Part shown: piece after piece, positions 30,762 through 39,871 of the stretch
Layout of the letters: each line of letters opens with the position of its first letter
Position numbering within the stretch: the first letter of the stretch is position 1
DNA from: a virus
Reading direction: 5' to 3' (one strand)
Virus record (IMG/VR): IMGVR_UViG_3300017991_000052
DNA length: 64,000 bases
Made by a program: the position numbers and the translations under genes
The notes under the pieces: model-generated
What the model was told of the DNA's origin: nothing
The model's input: the letters and a program-made list of their open reading frames with translations, nothing else
The model's database searches: none

Positions 30762-31705
30762 TGTCTAATGTTGCTTATGCTGAAATATTAGATGCAGAAT
30801 ATGGAACTGGTATGGATAAAGCAATAATAGTTTCTTCTGGCACAATAAATATTAAAGATATATATGAATTAGATGATTTAACTGGAGTTACTACATGGCG
30901 TGGAACAAACAAAGGGTTAAATTATGGTGTAGGAACTTATGATCCTAAAAATAGTAGCTATATAAATGCTACATCTTTTACTGTAAACAATGGTGCAATT
31001 ATTATTGCTGATGCATGGGCAGACGGCACAGACGACAGAAAAGGTGTTGTTTGGGTAATGTGTACTGAAACTTTTACTAATGCGGGCAACTTTAATATGG
31101 CAAATCTTGGTGGTTCAGGTGGAACACCGTCACAAAATGGAGTTGGTTCTGGCGGTGGTGGCGGAGGAGAATATTCTTGCGACCACATTCCTCAAGGTGG
31201 AGTTGGAGGAAGTTCTTACGGAACAACAGATATTTCTATTTCTACTTGGGCTGATATTTACGGTTCAGGTGGGGGTGGAGGTGCTCCTAGATGTGAAGGT
31301 CATTATGAAGGAGCAGGTGGCGGAGGCGGTGGTGGACGCAATGCTGGTGTTACTGGTGATAATGGATTTACTATTATAGGACCAGGTGGTGCTTCAGGTT
31401 CTTGGGGTAGAGTTGGCGGTGGAGCAATAAGAATATATGCAAGAATTTTTAGAAATACTGGAACTATGACAGTAAATGGACAAGATGGAACTTTTCAAGG
31501 TATTGCAGGACACGGTGGCGGTGGTGGTGGAACTATATTTATTAAAACTGCCGATGGAGATATTGGAATAAATAAGTTAACTGCTAAAGGTGGAATTGGT
31601 GGTTGGTCTGTTCCCACTGGGATAAAAGGTGGCGCAGGATCTGTAGGAAGAATTCATGTTGAAGGCAGATATATTGGTTCAACAAATGAACCTGCAATAG
31701 AGTAA
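30761..31705 (+). CDS. Glycine-rich adhesin-like protein, copy 3
   Basis: GVTTWRGTNKGLNYG, GGGAIRIYA, GRIHVEG...IE; paralog of 8625 and 13062. Confidence 0.7.
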   Translation: MSNVAYAEILDAEYGTGMDKAIIVSSGTINIKDIYELDDLTGVTTWRGTNKGLNYGVGTYDPKNSSYINATSFTVNNGAIIIADAWADGTDDRKGVVWVMCTETFTNAGNFNMANLGGSGGTPSQNGVGSGGGGGGEYSCDHIPQGGVGGSSYGTTDISISTWADIYGSGGGGGAPRCEGHYEGAGGGGGGGRNAGVTGDNGFTIIGPGGASGSWGRVGGGAIRIYARIFRNTGTMTVNGQDGTFQGIAGHGGGGGGTIFIKTADGDIGINKLTAKGGIGGWSVPTGIKGGAGSVGRIHVEGRYIGSTNEPAIE

Positions 31706-31720
31706 TTGGGAGTTAAATAA

Positions 31721-33814
31721 ATGTCGAATGAAACACAAATACAATTACATAATATAGAACAAGCATTAAACGGGGATTTTGCTGTAACAGGAAGTATTTC
31801 AACAAGTGGAGCTATTTTTCAAAATACCGTAACTCCCACAAATCCTAGTTCAGGTAGTATTAAATTATATTCAAAAGATGATAATAGATTATATTTTCTA
31901 CAACCAGATGGTACTGAATTACCTGTAGGTTCTGGAAGCGGAGTAGGAATGGCTGGTATTCTTGGAGAAGATATTCTTGCAGGTGAGCCAGTTTATCAAA
32001 GTAGTTTAGATGGAAAATGGTATAAAGCACAAGCAATATCTGGTAAATTATCAAATCTTGCAGTAGCAAGTGCTGATGGTTTAACAGATGAAGAAATAAC
32101 ATTGGTTAGATTTGGATCAGTAGAGGCTTCAATATCAATTCCAAATTATCAAGATATATATTTATCTCAAGATGTTGCAGGTACTTATACTTCAACAGTC
32201 CCTTCCTCAGGAATAGTGACATTTATTGGAACTTCAAAAACAAGTAATGCGCTTGATGTTGCAATAGGTATTACTTCTTATTCCCTTGAAGTAACTGGTG
32301 CTGAAGATGTCGGAACTGCAATAATAACAGGAACTCTTGGTGAAACAATTGTATCTGGTCAACCAGCTTATCAAAAAGAAGAAGATGGTAAATGGTACTT
32401 AGCTAAAGCAACTCTTGGAACACTTTCATCTCTTTCAATATGTAAAACTGGTGGAGATACAGATTCAACTGGAACATTTATACAATATGGGAATTTAGAA
32501 GATTTAACAGGACTTCCAAATAGTTCAGAATTATTTTTATCTCAAACTATTGCCGGAGAAATAACAAGTACAGAACCAGCAACTGGTGTAATTGCTTATT
32601 TAGGAATGAGTAGGGGTACAACTAATTTTGATGTATCAGTTGGTGTTGTTGCTTATGATAGGAGTGGTGGTGGAGGAGATACTGGTACAGCAGTAATTAC
32701 TGGGACTCTTGGTGAAGATGTTAATAAAGGTCAAGCAGTATACCAAAAAGAATCTGATGGTAAATGGTATTTAGCAAAAGCTGCAGATGGTATGGTATCT
32801 TCATTATCTATTTGTTTAATTGGTGGTTCTTCTGAAGAAACAGGAACTTTTTCAAGATATGGTACATTAGAAGATCTTTCGGGATTACCTGCAGATAGTG
32901 AATTATATTTATCACAAGATACTGCAGGAGAATTAGCAACTATTTATAGTGATGGATTAAATATATATGTAGGTATAAGTAGAGGGACAGATGTTCTTGA
33001 TATTGCAATAGGAGTTATTGGTGGTTCAAGTGAGGGAGGCGGAGGATCTGCTTATATTACTGGAACATTAGGAGAAACAGTAACAGCTGGCCAACCAGTA
33101 TATCAAGATAAAAATAATGGATTATGGCAATTAGCACAAGCAACTTCAGAAAAAATTTCTAATTTATCTGTAGCAACAACAGCTGGAGTTTCTGGTGATC
33201 AAATAAGTATGACAAGATATGGTTCTATTGAAAGTATATCTGGATTACCTGAAAATGCTGAATTATATTTATCACAAGATTTACCAGGCGGAATTATTGG
33301 AGAAAAACCAGCATCTGGAGTAATAGCATATTTAGGTATAAGTCGCGGATCTACTGTAATGGATGTAGCTATTGCAATGGTAGCATATCAATCGGGTTCT
33401 GGTGGAGGATCTGTTCTTACTGGGATACTAGGTGAAACAGTTATTAAAGGCGATGTATGTTATCAAAAAGAATCTGATTCAAAATGGTATAAAGCTAGAG
33501 CAGTTGAAGGGGAAATAACAAATCTTTCAATAGCAACAATTGGTGGTAGTGCTGATAGTTCAATTACTTTTACAAGATATGGTAATTTAACTGAATTATC
33601 AGGATTACCAGATTCTAAAGAACTTTATCTTTCACAAACAACAGCTGGATCACTTACAGATGTTGCTCCAATATCTGGTGTAATTGCTTATGTTGGAATG
33701 AGTATTGGAACAACACAATTAGATGTGGCAATTGGGACAATTGCTTTTGAAGCTGGTGGTGAAAGTAGCGGGTCAGGAGGACCGAGATGGTCACTATTAT
33801 TAGGAGGTATGTAA
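31721..33814 (+). CDS. Virion protein with five tandem cement-like domains of about 120 aa
   Basis: Five copies of G.LGE....G..VYQ...DGKWY.A.A...RYG...ELYLSQ...DVAIG. Confidence 0.7.
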   Translation: MSNETQIQLHNIEQALNGDFAVTGSISTSGAIFQNTVTPTNPSSGSIKLYSKDDNRLYFLQPDGTELPVGSGSGVGMAGILGEDILAGEPVYQSSLDGKWYKAQAISGKLSNLAVASADGLTDEEITLVRFGSVEASISIPNYQDIYLSQDVAGTYTSTVPSSGIVTFIGTSKTSNALDVAIGITSYSLEVTGAEDVGTAIITGTLGETIVSGQPAYQKEEDGKWYLAKATLGTLSSLSICKTGGDTDSTGTFIQYGNLEDLTGLPNSSELFLSQTIAGEITSTEPATGVIAYLGMSRGTTNFDVSVGVVAYDRSGGGGDTGTAVITGTLGEDVNKGQAVYQKESDGKWYLAKAADGMVSSLSICLIGGSSEETGTFSRYGTLEDLSGLPADSELYLSQDTAGELATIYSDGLNIYVGISRGTDVLDIAIGVIGGSSEGGGGSAYITGTLGETVTAGQPVYQDKNNGLWQLAQATSEKISNLSVATTAGVSGDQISMTRYGSIESISGLPENAELYLSQDLPGGIIGEKPASGVIAYLGISRGSTVMDVAIAMVAYQSGSGGGSVLTGILGETVIKGDVCYQKESDSKWYKARAVEGEITNLSIATIGGSADSSITFTRYGNLTELSGLPDSKELYLSQTTAGSLTDVAPISGVIAYVGMSIGTTQLDVAIGTIAFEAGGESSGSGGPRWSLLLGGM

Positions 33815-33815
33815 A

Positions 33816-36188
33816 ATGGCAGGAGATGGAGGATTAATTGAGATTGTTGGGGGTCAAGAATTTGATCCTTCACAAACATTAACTTTAACAAATTCTAGTA
33901 CGGGGTTAATAGTAGAAAATGATGCCGCTGTTTATGGGACTCTTACTATAGGTGCGAGTTCTGTTAAAATTAATAATGATGGTATTATATTTCCCAATGG
34001 ATCTACTCAAACTTCTGCTGGAGGTGCTGGTGGTAGCGGAGCTGGATTAGAAGTAATTGAATTAAAATCTCAACTTGAAAAAATTGGGGTAGCTTATCCC
34101 ATATCAAATCCTAACATATTAAATGAAAGTTTTACAGATTCTGCGAATGAAGTAGTTACTCTTAGAACTGCTTATACAAGCGGTGGATCAACTATTATAG
34201 TTAATGTTGATAAAACTGATTTAGATTTAATGGATGCTACAACTGGATGGACTCAAAATACTGGGACGCCAACAATTGCTCAAGATACTGTGAATTTTAT
34301 TGAAGGCACAGCTTCTGTAAAAATGAGTAAAACAGCATTAAATGGGGATGCTGATATGTATAAAGATTTTACTGCATTTAGTATGAATAATACTCTTTTA
34401 ACAGTGTCAGCGCGACCAGATACATTAACAAATGTTGATTATTTATATATTGGAATTGGATCTTCTGCATCTGATAGTGTTTGGTATAAAATTGAAGATA
34501 CCGATTTAACAGCTGCACAATGGAATCATCTTACTATAAAATATGCATCAGATACTCCTTTTAGTACTGCTGGAACTTATGTGCCATCTGCTACTACTAG
34601 AATTTGGTTTGGAATTCATACATCTTCTTCTCAAGATGTTAATGTTAGTTGGGATTTTGTTACATGGTCTCCAGATTATACTTTACCTTTAGAAATACCT
34701 CAAAGAAGATATATTTGGGATGGAACAAATCAAGAAGAGATAATAATTTCTGCTGCCGCAGGAACAGGACTTGCGCAAAGAAATACATATACTATTTCTC
34801 CACTTACTTATTCTTATGCAATATCAGATACTTTTTCTAAAAGAAGAAATATAACAATTGATACATATACACGTAGAGGCGAATTTATGGCTGGGTTAAC
34901 TGGTGATGCTTCAAAAACTGCTTATGATAAAACAGGCAAATGGCTTCAAGAATCTGTTACAAGCGGAACATTAGATTTATCTCAAAGATGGTGGGATGAA
35001 AGTTTTAAATTAACAGATGTTCCTTCAACAACACAAATAAAAGCATATAGTGTAACTGATAAAAGCGGATATTTTAAAAATGGGGATAAAATTCTTTTAT
35101 ATGATTATAAAAAAATTGGTGGTAAATATAATTCAAGATACAACTCAACAATTGGTAGTAATGCAAAAATTGTTAATTTAACTTCAGATACAACTTATGC
35201 TAGTGGTAGTTATGAATTAACTTTTAATCATGATGGAACAAATGCCGGTGTTGATTCTTCAACATGGTATGTTGCAAGATATTCTGCAGAATTAGGATAT
35301 GCTTATGGGGCACAAGCAGATAATCCCGCGATAACATTTGAAAATCCTACTACTATTGTTCCTATTGGAGATTATATAGAATTTCCGCCTTCTTTATCTG
35401 CTTACTGGAATTTTGATAATGAAGTAGAAGATATAAGATATGGGAGAAATTTAACTCAATATGGAACGCCAACTAAAATTGCAGGAAAATTTATAAATGC
35501 ATATACTGGATTTTCTAGTAGTAATAGATTTTGTGCTTTTGATACAGCATTTGATTTAAATACAGATGAACATATTACTGTAGAAATGTGGTTAAAATTT
35601 GCGACATGGACAGGGACTTATCAAGTACCTTTTGAATGGTCAAGAAATGATGCTAATGCATTATCAAATCAACCATTTTTTATAATGTATGCTACAAATA
35701 GATTTTGGTGGAGTTACCATATAACTAATGCAGCGGCTGAATTTGATCCAACTCCTTATCGAGATGGCGAATGGCATTATATTGTAGGAACATTTAGTGG
35801 CGGTAGTGGAGGATATTTTAGACATTATTGTGATGGAGTTCAACAAGCAAGTTATTATGCATCAAGTACTGGATATTTTCATACAGCTTCTATGTATCCC
35901 GCTATTGGAGCTGATACATATAGTAGTGGAACGGTTGGTCGTTATCCGTGGTTAGGAGATATTTCAGAAGTTGCAGTTCATGTTGGATATGTAATGCCAA
36001 TCGAAGAAATACAAGCAAGATATGCCAACGGATTAGGTAAAAGATATGGATTTGGAACGGGATTTATTTCAAGACTTCAAAAATCTGGAATAGATGCTGA
36101 AAAATTATTTACTAGTACAAAATTAACACGACAAGATCCTACAAATCAAAATCCAAAAGTGTTCCAGAGAGATGCAATTATAACATAA
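33816..36188 (+). CDS. Virion protein with C-terminal LamG/concanavalin-like lectin domain
   Basis: AYWNFD, ITVEMWLK, DGEWHYIVGT, YCDG and GDISEVAV form the LamG pattern. Confidence 0.7.
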   Translation: MAGDGGLIEIVGGQEFDPSQTLTLTNSSTGLIVENDAAVYGTLTIGASSVKINNDGIIFPNGSTQTSAGGAGGSGAGLEVIELKSQLEKIGVAYPISNPNILNESFTDSANEVVTLRTAYTSGGSTIIVNVDKTDLDLMDATTGWTQNTGTPTIAQDTVNFIEGTASVKMSKTALNGDADMYKDFTAFSMNNTLLTVSARPDTLTNVDYLYIGIGSSASDSVWYKIEDTDLTAAQWNHLTIKYASDTPFSTAGTYVPSATTRIWFGIHTSSSQDVNVSWDFVTWSPDYTLPLEIPQRRYIWDGTNQEEIIISAAAGTGLAQRNTYTISPLTYSYAISDTFSKRRNITIDTYTRRGEFMAGLTGDASKTAYDKTGKWLQESVTSGTLDLSQRWWDESFKLTDVPSTTQIKAYSVTDKSGYFKNGDKILLYDYKKIGGKYNSRYNSTIGSNAKIVNLTSDTTYASGSYELTFNHDGTNAGVDSSTWYVARYSAELGYAYGAQADNPAITFENPTTIVPIGDYIEFPPSLSAYWNFDNEVEDIRYGRNLTQYGTPTKIAGKFINAYTGFSSSNRFCAFDTAFDLNTDEHITVEMWLKFATWTGTYQVPFEWSRNDANALSNQPFFIMYATNRFWWSYHITNAAAEFDPTPYRDGEWHYIVGTFSGGSGGYFRHYCDGVQQASYYASSTGYFHTASMYPAIGADTYSSGTVGRYPWLGDISEVAVHVGYVMPIEEIQARYANGLGKRYGFGTGFISRLQKSGIDAEKLFTSTKLTRQDPTNQNPKVFQRDAIIT

Positions 36189-36198
36189 GGAGTAAGAA

Positions 36199-36384
36199 AT
36201 GAAGATACAGTTTGGGAATTTAAAAGTATTTATTGATTATAGTGAAAACTATACACAGGCTTATGCTTCTGATATGGAAAATCTTTATTATCAAGAAGGA
36301 CAAGTTTCAGATATTTCATTTGATTATGATGCAGAAAAAACATATATTGTAGAAACATTAAGCGCTTCTGGGTCTGGATCATAA
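36199..36384 (+). CDS. Small hypothetical protein
   Basis: AGGAG RBS, 61 aa. Confidence 0.5.
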   Translation: MKIQFGNLKVFIDYSENYTQAYASDMENLYYQEGQVSDISFDYDAEKTYIVETLSASGSGS

Positions 36385-36400
36385 TTGAGGAGGAACTAAA

Positions 36401-37525
36401 ATGGCAGGTAATGGCGGTTTAATAGGGACAGGTCCAACATTTAATACTGCAGAATTTGAGGATATGTGTAAAACATATTCTGGAACTACTACTGTTAGTG
36501 GTGCAGATGCGGTTATAAATTTACCTTTTAATTGGGCTAATGGATTTGTAAAAATTATAAGATCTTTTACATCAGGAGAATATTTTGAAGATGATATAAA
36601 TAGTATAAATACTATTATGACTTCATATGATGCTTTGACAAATTCAAACTATACATCTGATCAAATACTTGAATTACTTTCCAGTGCTTCCCCATTAACT
36701 GCAGATAAATCTACTAATTTATCGGGGGTTCCTAAGTCAGCAACGACAACCTCTTTCACGCTTCATAATAGCGGAACTATTGTATATGTGAAATATTTTG
36801 TTTATGCGCCATATACCCAAGCGGTAACGATGGCAAATTTGCAGGTAGATGAGGTAATTACAAAAACTGGGAACCAAGAAAAATCAGGAACTTTAACTTT
36901 ATCTGCGGCAGGAACAGGATTAATTGTTGAAAATGATGCTGTAGTTTATGGAACACTAACAATCGGAGCGAGTTCTGTAAAAATAGATGAAACTGGAATT
37001 ACATATCCAGATGGAAATAAACAAACATCGGCTGGCGTTCCTTCTGGAACAGTCATGATGTATGGCGGAGCAACAGCTCCTACTGATTGGTTATTGTGCG
37101 ATGGTTCAGCAATTTCAAGAACTACATATGCTAGATTATTTAATGCGATAGGAACTACTTTTGGAGTTGGCGATGGTTCGACCACTTTTAATGTTCCAGA
37201 CTGTCGAGGTATTTTTGTAAGAGGTGCAGGAAGTCATGGCAGTTTAACTAATGCTAATGGTTCTCCTTTTTCGGGAACATTAGGTACAGAAGCAAATGAT
37301 AAAATACAAGGTCACTATCATTATCTTGACCCTGCAAAACATACTAACGCACAAAACATTCCTTCACCCACAGGCGGTGGGAATGCTCTAAGTGGAGGTT
37401 CTTTTTATCCTTCAAATTGGAGTAGTACTGGTGAACCTTATAATGACGGAACTAACGGAGCACCCAGATTTGGCACTGAAACTAATCCTGCAAACATTTG
37501 TTTAACATATATTATTAAGACCTAA
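36401..37525 (+). CDS. Tail fibre protein with phage tail-collar domain
   Basis: PSGTVMMY...WLLCDG...YARLFNAIGTTFGVGDGSTTFNVPDCRG.F.RG and ETNPANI...YIIK. Confidence 0.9.
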   Translation: MAGNGGLIGTGPTFNTAEFEDMCKTYSGTTTVSGADAVINLPFNWANGFVKIIRSFTSGEYFEDDINSINTIMTSYDALTNSNYTSDQILELLSSASPLTADKSTNLSGVPKSATTTSFTLHNSGTIVYVKYFVYAPYTQAVTMANLQVDEVITKTGNQEKSGTLTLSAAGTGLIVENDAVVYGTLTIGASSVKIDETGITYPDGNKQTSAGVPSGTVMMYGGATAPTDWLLCDGSAISRTTYARLFNAIGTTFGVGDGSTTFNVPDCRGIFVRGAGSHGSLTNANGSPFSGTLGTEANDKIQGHYHYLDPAKHTNAQNIPSPTGGGNALSGGSFYPSNWSSTGEPYNDGTNGAPRFGTETNPANICLTYIIKT

Positions 37526-37536
37526 AGGAGCTGAAA

Positions 37537-38016
37537 ATGCCTAAATACTATGATGCATTAGGAAGATTAAAACAAGATATAAGTGGGACACCAAGAAAAT
37601 GTTGGAATGATGAAATGTACTATATAGATACAGTTTCGCCAGATGTGGCAATAGTTGTTCCAACAGCTACAGATATAGTAACGGCAGGAACTGAAAATGT
37701 ATCAGGCGAATTAGTATCAGTATCCGTATCGGGATTTAATAATACTTTCAATGAGGAATTTTATTTAGAGCTAGAAATCAACAGAGTTCGTAATACTAGA
37801 GACTCAAAACTTGCAGAAGTAGATTATATATTTGTAAGACAAAATGAGGAATTGACACTAATAGATGAGGGGATAATAACCACAACAACAATTCCTACAA
37901 GTGCATATATAGAGTTTTTAGAATATAAAAAAGAATTAAGAGATTTACCAGATACAATAACGAGTTTTGAGGATTTAAACTCTCTAACTTGGCCAACAAA
38001 ACCATCGGGGGGATAA
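37537..38016 (+). CDS. Tail fibre assembly chaperone
   Basis: VRNTRDSKLAEVD...YKKELRDLP...WPTKP. Confidence 0.75.
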   Translation: MPKYYDALGRLKQDISGTPRKCWNDEMYYIDTVSPDVAIVVPTATDIVTAGTENVSGELVSVSVSGFNNTFNEEFYLELEINRVRNTRDSKLAEVDYIFVRQNEELTLIDEGIITTTTIPTSAYIEFLEYKKELRDLPDTITSFEDLNSLTWPTKPSGG

Positions 38017-38017
38017 T

Positions 38018-38941
38018 ATGTATAATCAAGCTATTATAAATGGTAATTTTGATATATGGCAAAGAAACACTTCTTTTACAAATCCTTCAAATGAAGATTA
38101 CACAGTTGATAGATGGAAAGTGGTAAGGGCGGATGCTTCAGGAACTGCACCAAATGTAAATGTTGAAAGAAGTACAACAAATTTACCAGCAAATGGTAAA
38201 AGTAAATATAATGTAAAATTATCTCCAACTTCTACTGGCTCAACTGGAGTAGGTATGAAATGGTTTTTTAGACAAATGGTAGAAGATTATGAAATATTTC
38301 AAGGGAAAACAGTTTCGGCTTCAGTAACAATGACGATACCAAATGGGGCTAAAATGTATTTACAGATATGGGATTATAATAGTGAAAGCTTTTCCTTACA
38401 ACAAACAGGAACTGGAAGTGAACAAACAGTAATATTGACTCATACAGTACATGCTTTGGCAGGAGCATTAGCAGTAGGAGTTATTTTAGCATACGACACT
38501 CAATTTGTAGCAACTGTCGGAGATTATTATTTTTCACAAGTTCAATTAAATGTAGGTGAAGTAGTACTACCCTTTCAACCAAAAACTTTTGAAGAAGAAT
38601 TATTAAAATGTCAAAGATATTATAGTAAAAGTTTTCCCTATGATAACTTTCCTGGAGGTGGAGCTGATTATTCTGGACAATGTGAGCTAACAGGTAGTTC
38701 ACCAAATGATACAGTACCTTCTATGGAATATCCTGTTCAAATGAGAACAACACCTACCGTAACTGTCTATTCTCCAGCTACAGGTACTTCTGGAGCAATT
38801 AGAAATTACGAATCATCTTCTGATATTACTTCTGTGTTAGTAGATGGCACGGGAGGGGATAGATTTAGAGTATATAAAGGGAGTGCTATTGTTGATTCTG
38901 TTCTATATGGTGTTCAATGGACTGCAGATGCTGAAATGTAA
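38018..38941 (+). CDS. Tail protein with carbohydrate-binding-like domain
   Basis: IINGNFDIWQR...DRW...EELLKCQRYY...MRTTPTV...ADAEM family pattern. Confidence 0.7.
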   Translation: MYNQAIINGNFDIWQRNTSFTNPSNEDYTVDRWKVVRADASGTAPNVNVERSTTNLPANGKSKYNVKLSPTSTGSTGVGMKWFFRQMVEDYEIFQGKTVSASVTMTIPNGAKMYLQIWDYNSESFSLQQTGTGSEQTVILTHTVHALAGALAVGVILAYDTQFVATVGDYYFSQVQLNVGEVVLPFQPKTFEEELLKCQRYYSKSFPYDNFPGGGADYSGQCELTGSSPNDTVPSMEYPVQMRTTPTVTVYSPATGTSGAIRNYESSSDITSVLVDGTGGDRFRVYKGSAIVDSVLYGVQWTADAEM

Positions 38942-38952
38942 GGAGTAAAAAT

Positions 38953-39108
38953 ATGACGATTTCAGGAAAATGGGATATTAACGATTATGAAGTAGTATAT
39001 ACTGAAACTGTAGAAACAAGCGCAATTAAACGAAGTGATAATGCATTTATTCCAATGAATGAAAATAATAAAGATTATCAAGAATATTTAGAATTAAAGG
39101 GGGAATAG
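38953..39108 (+). CDS. Small tail-associated protein (51 aa)
   Basis: AGGAG RBS; FIPMNENNKDYQEYL motif typical of small genes that follow such fibres. Confidence 0.6.
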   Translation: MTISGKWDINDYEVVYTETVETSAIKRSDNAFIPMNENNKDYQEYLELKGE

Positions 39109-39111
39109 AAT

Positions 39112-39258
39112 ATGCCTACACAATTAACTCAATTATGGTATTGTCCTACATGTGATTCAAATGTACCATTAGAATATGTAATTTTTGTAATGAATGGAAC
39201 TGATAAAGAAATGATCTGTAAAATATGTGGCAGTGTTTGTCAGAAAGTCCCTGTTTAA
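39112..39258 (+). CDS. Small Zn-ribbon protein (48 aa)
   Basis: CPTC...CKICG; GGGGG RBS. Confidence 0.6.
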   Translation: MPTQLTQLWYCPTCDSNVPLEYVIFVMNGTDKEMICKICGSVCQKVPV

Positions 39259-39277
39259 ATTTAATTAAGGAGAAAAT

Positions 39278-39499
39278 ATGGCTGGTGGTGGAGGATTAGT
39301 TGGCGCAGTCGACTTATCTAATTTAACTACAGATGTTTCAACAACCGGAAAAGGAACTTTTGGGGAACTAAAAGTAACTGGTAATTCGCCAACAGCTGGA
39401 AAAGCGCTAATTGCACAAGATAGTGAAGGAAATCTTAACTGGGGCGATGTAAGCGCAATAGGTGGAAATAAATTATCAATATTATTGATGGGAGGATAA
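39278..39499 (+). CDS. Short virion adaptor protein
   Basis: MAGGGGLV start, GNLNWG, LLMGG end. Confidence 0.55.
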   Translation: MAGGGGLVGAVDLSNLTTDVSTTGKGTFGELKVTGNSPTAGKALIAQDSEGNLNWGDVSAIGGNKLSILLMGG

Positions 39500-39503
39500 G
39501 AAC

Positions 39504-39860
39504 ATGGCAGAGCAACCAAAACGATTAGGGGCAATAACAAGTACAGTGGCAGTCACTGGGGAAGCTTCTAGTGGGCAAATTTTATATACAGTTCCTGCAA
39601 GTACGAGCGCAATCGTATCTACCGTGATTGTTTGTAATCGTGGTGGTGCTTCGGGGACTTTTAGACTTGCTCATGTAGATGGCGGTGGCGTAGCGCAATT
39701 AGCCGATGAAGATTACTTATATTATGACGTAACAATTCCAGGAAATGATACTTTTACGGCAACAATAGGTCTAGGCATGGAGGCAACCGATTCGCTTGTT
39801 ATAAAAGGAAGTCTGGAAGCAATTAATTTTGTAGCAGAAGGTATTGAAATAACTGCATAA
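39504..39860 (+). CDS. Virion structural protein
   Basis: LYTVPAST.AIVS...VCNR...YDVTIPGND...GIEIT pattern of a common phage structural family. Confidence 0.6.
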   Translation: MAEQPKRLGAITSTVAVTGEASSGQILYTVPASTSAIVSTVIVCNRGGASGTFRLAHVDGGGVAQLADEDYLYYDVTIPGNDTFTATIGLGMEATDSLVIKGSLEAINFVAEGIEITA

Positions 39861-39871
39861 GGAGTTGAAAG

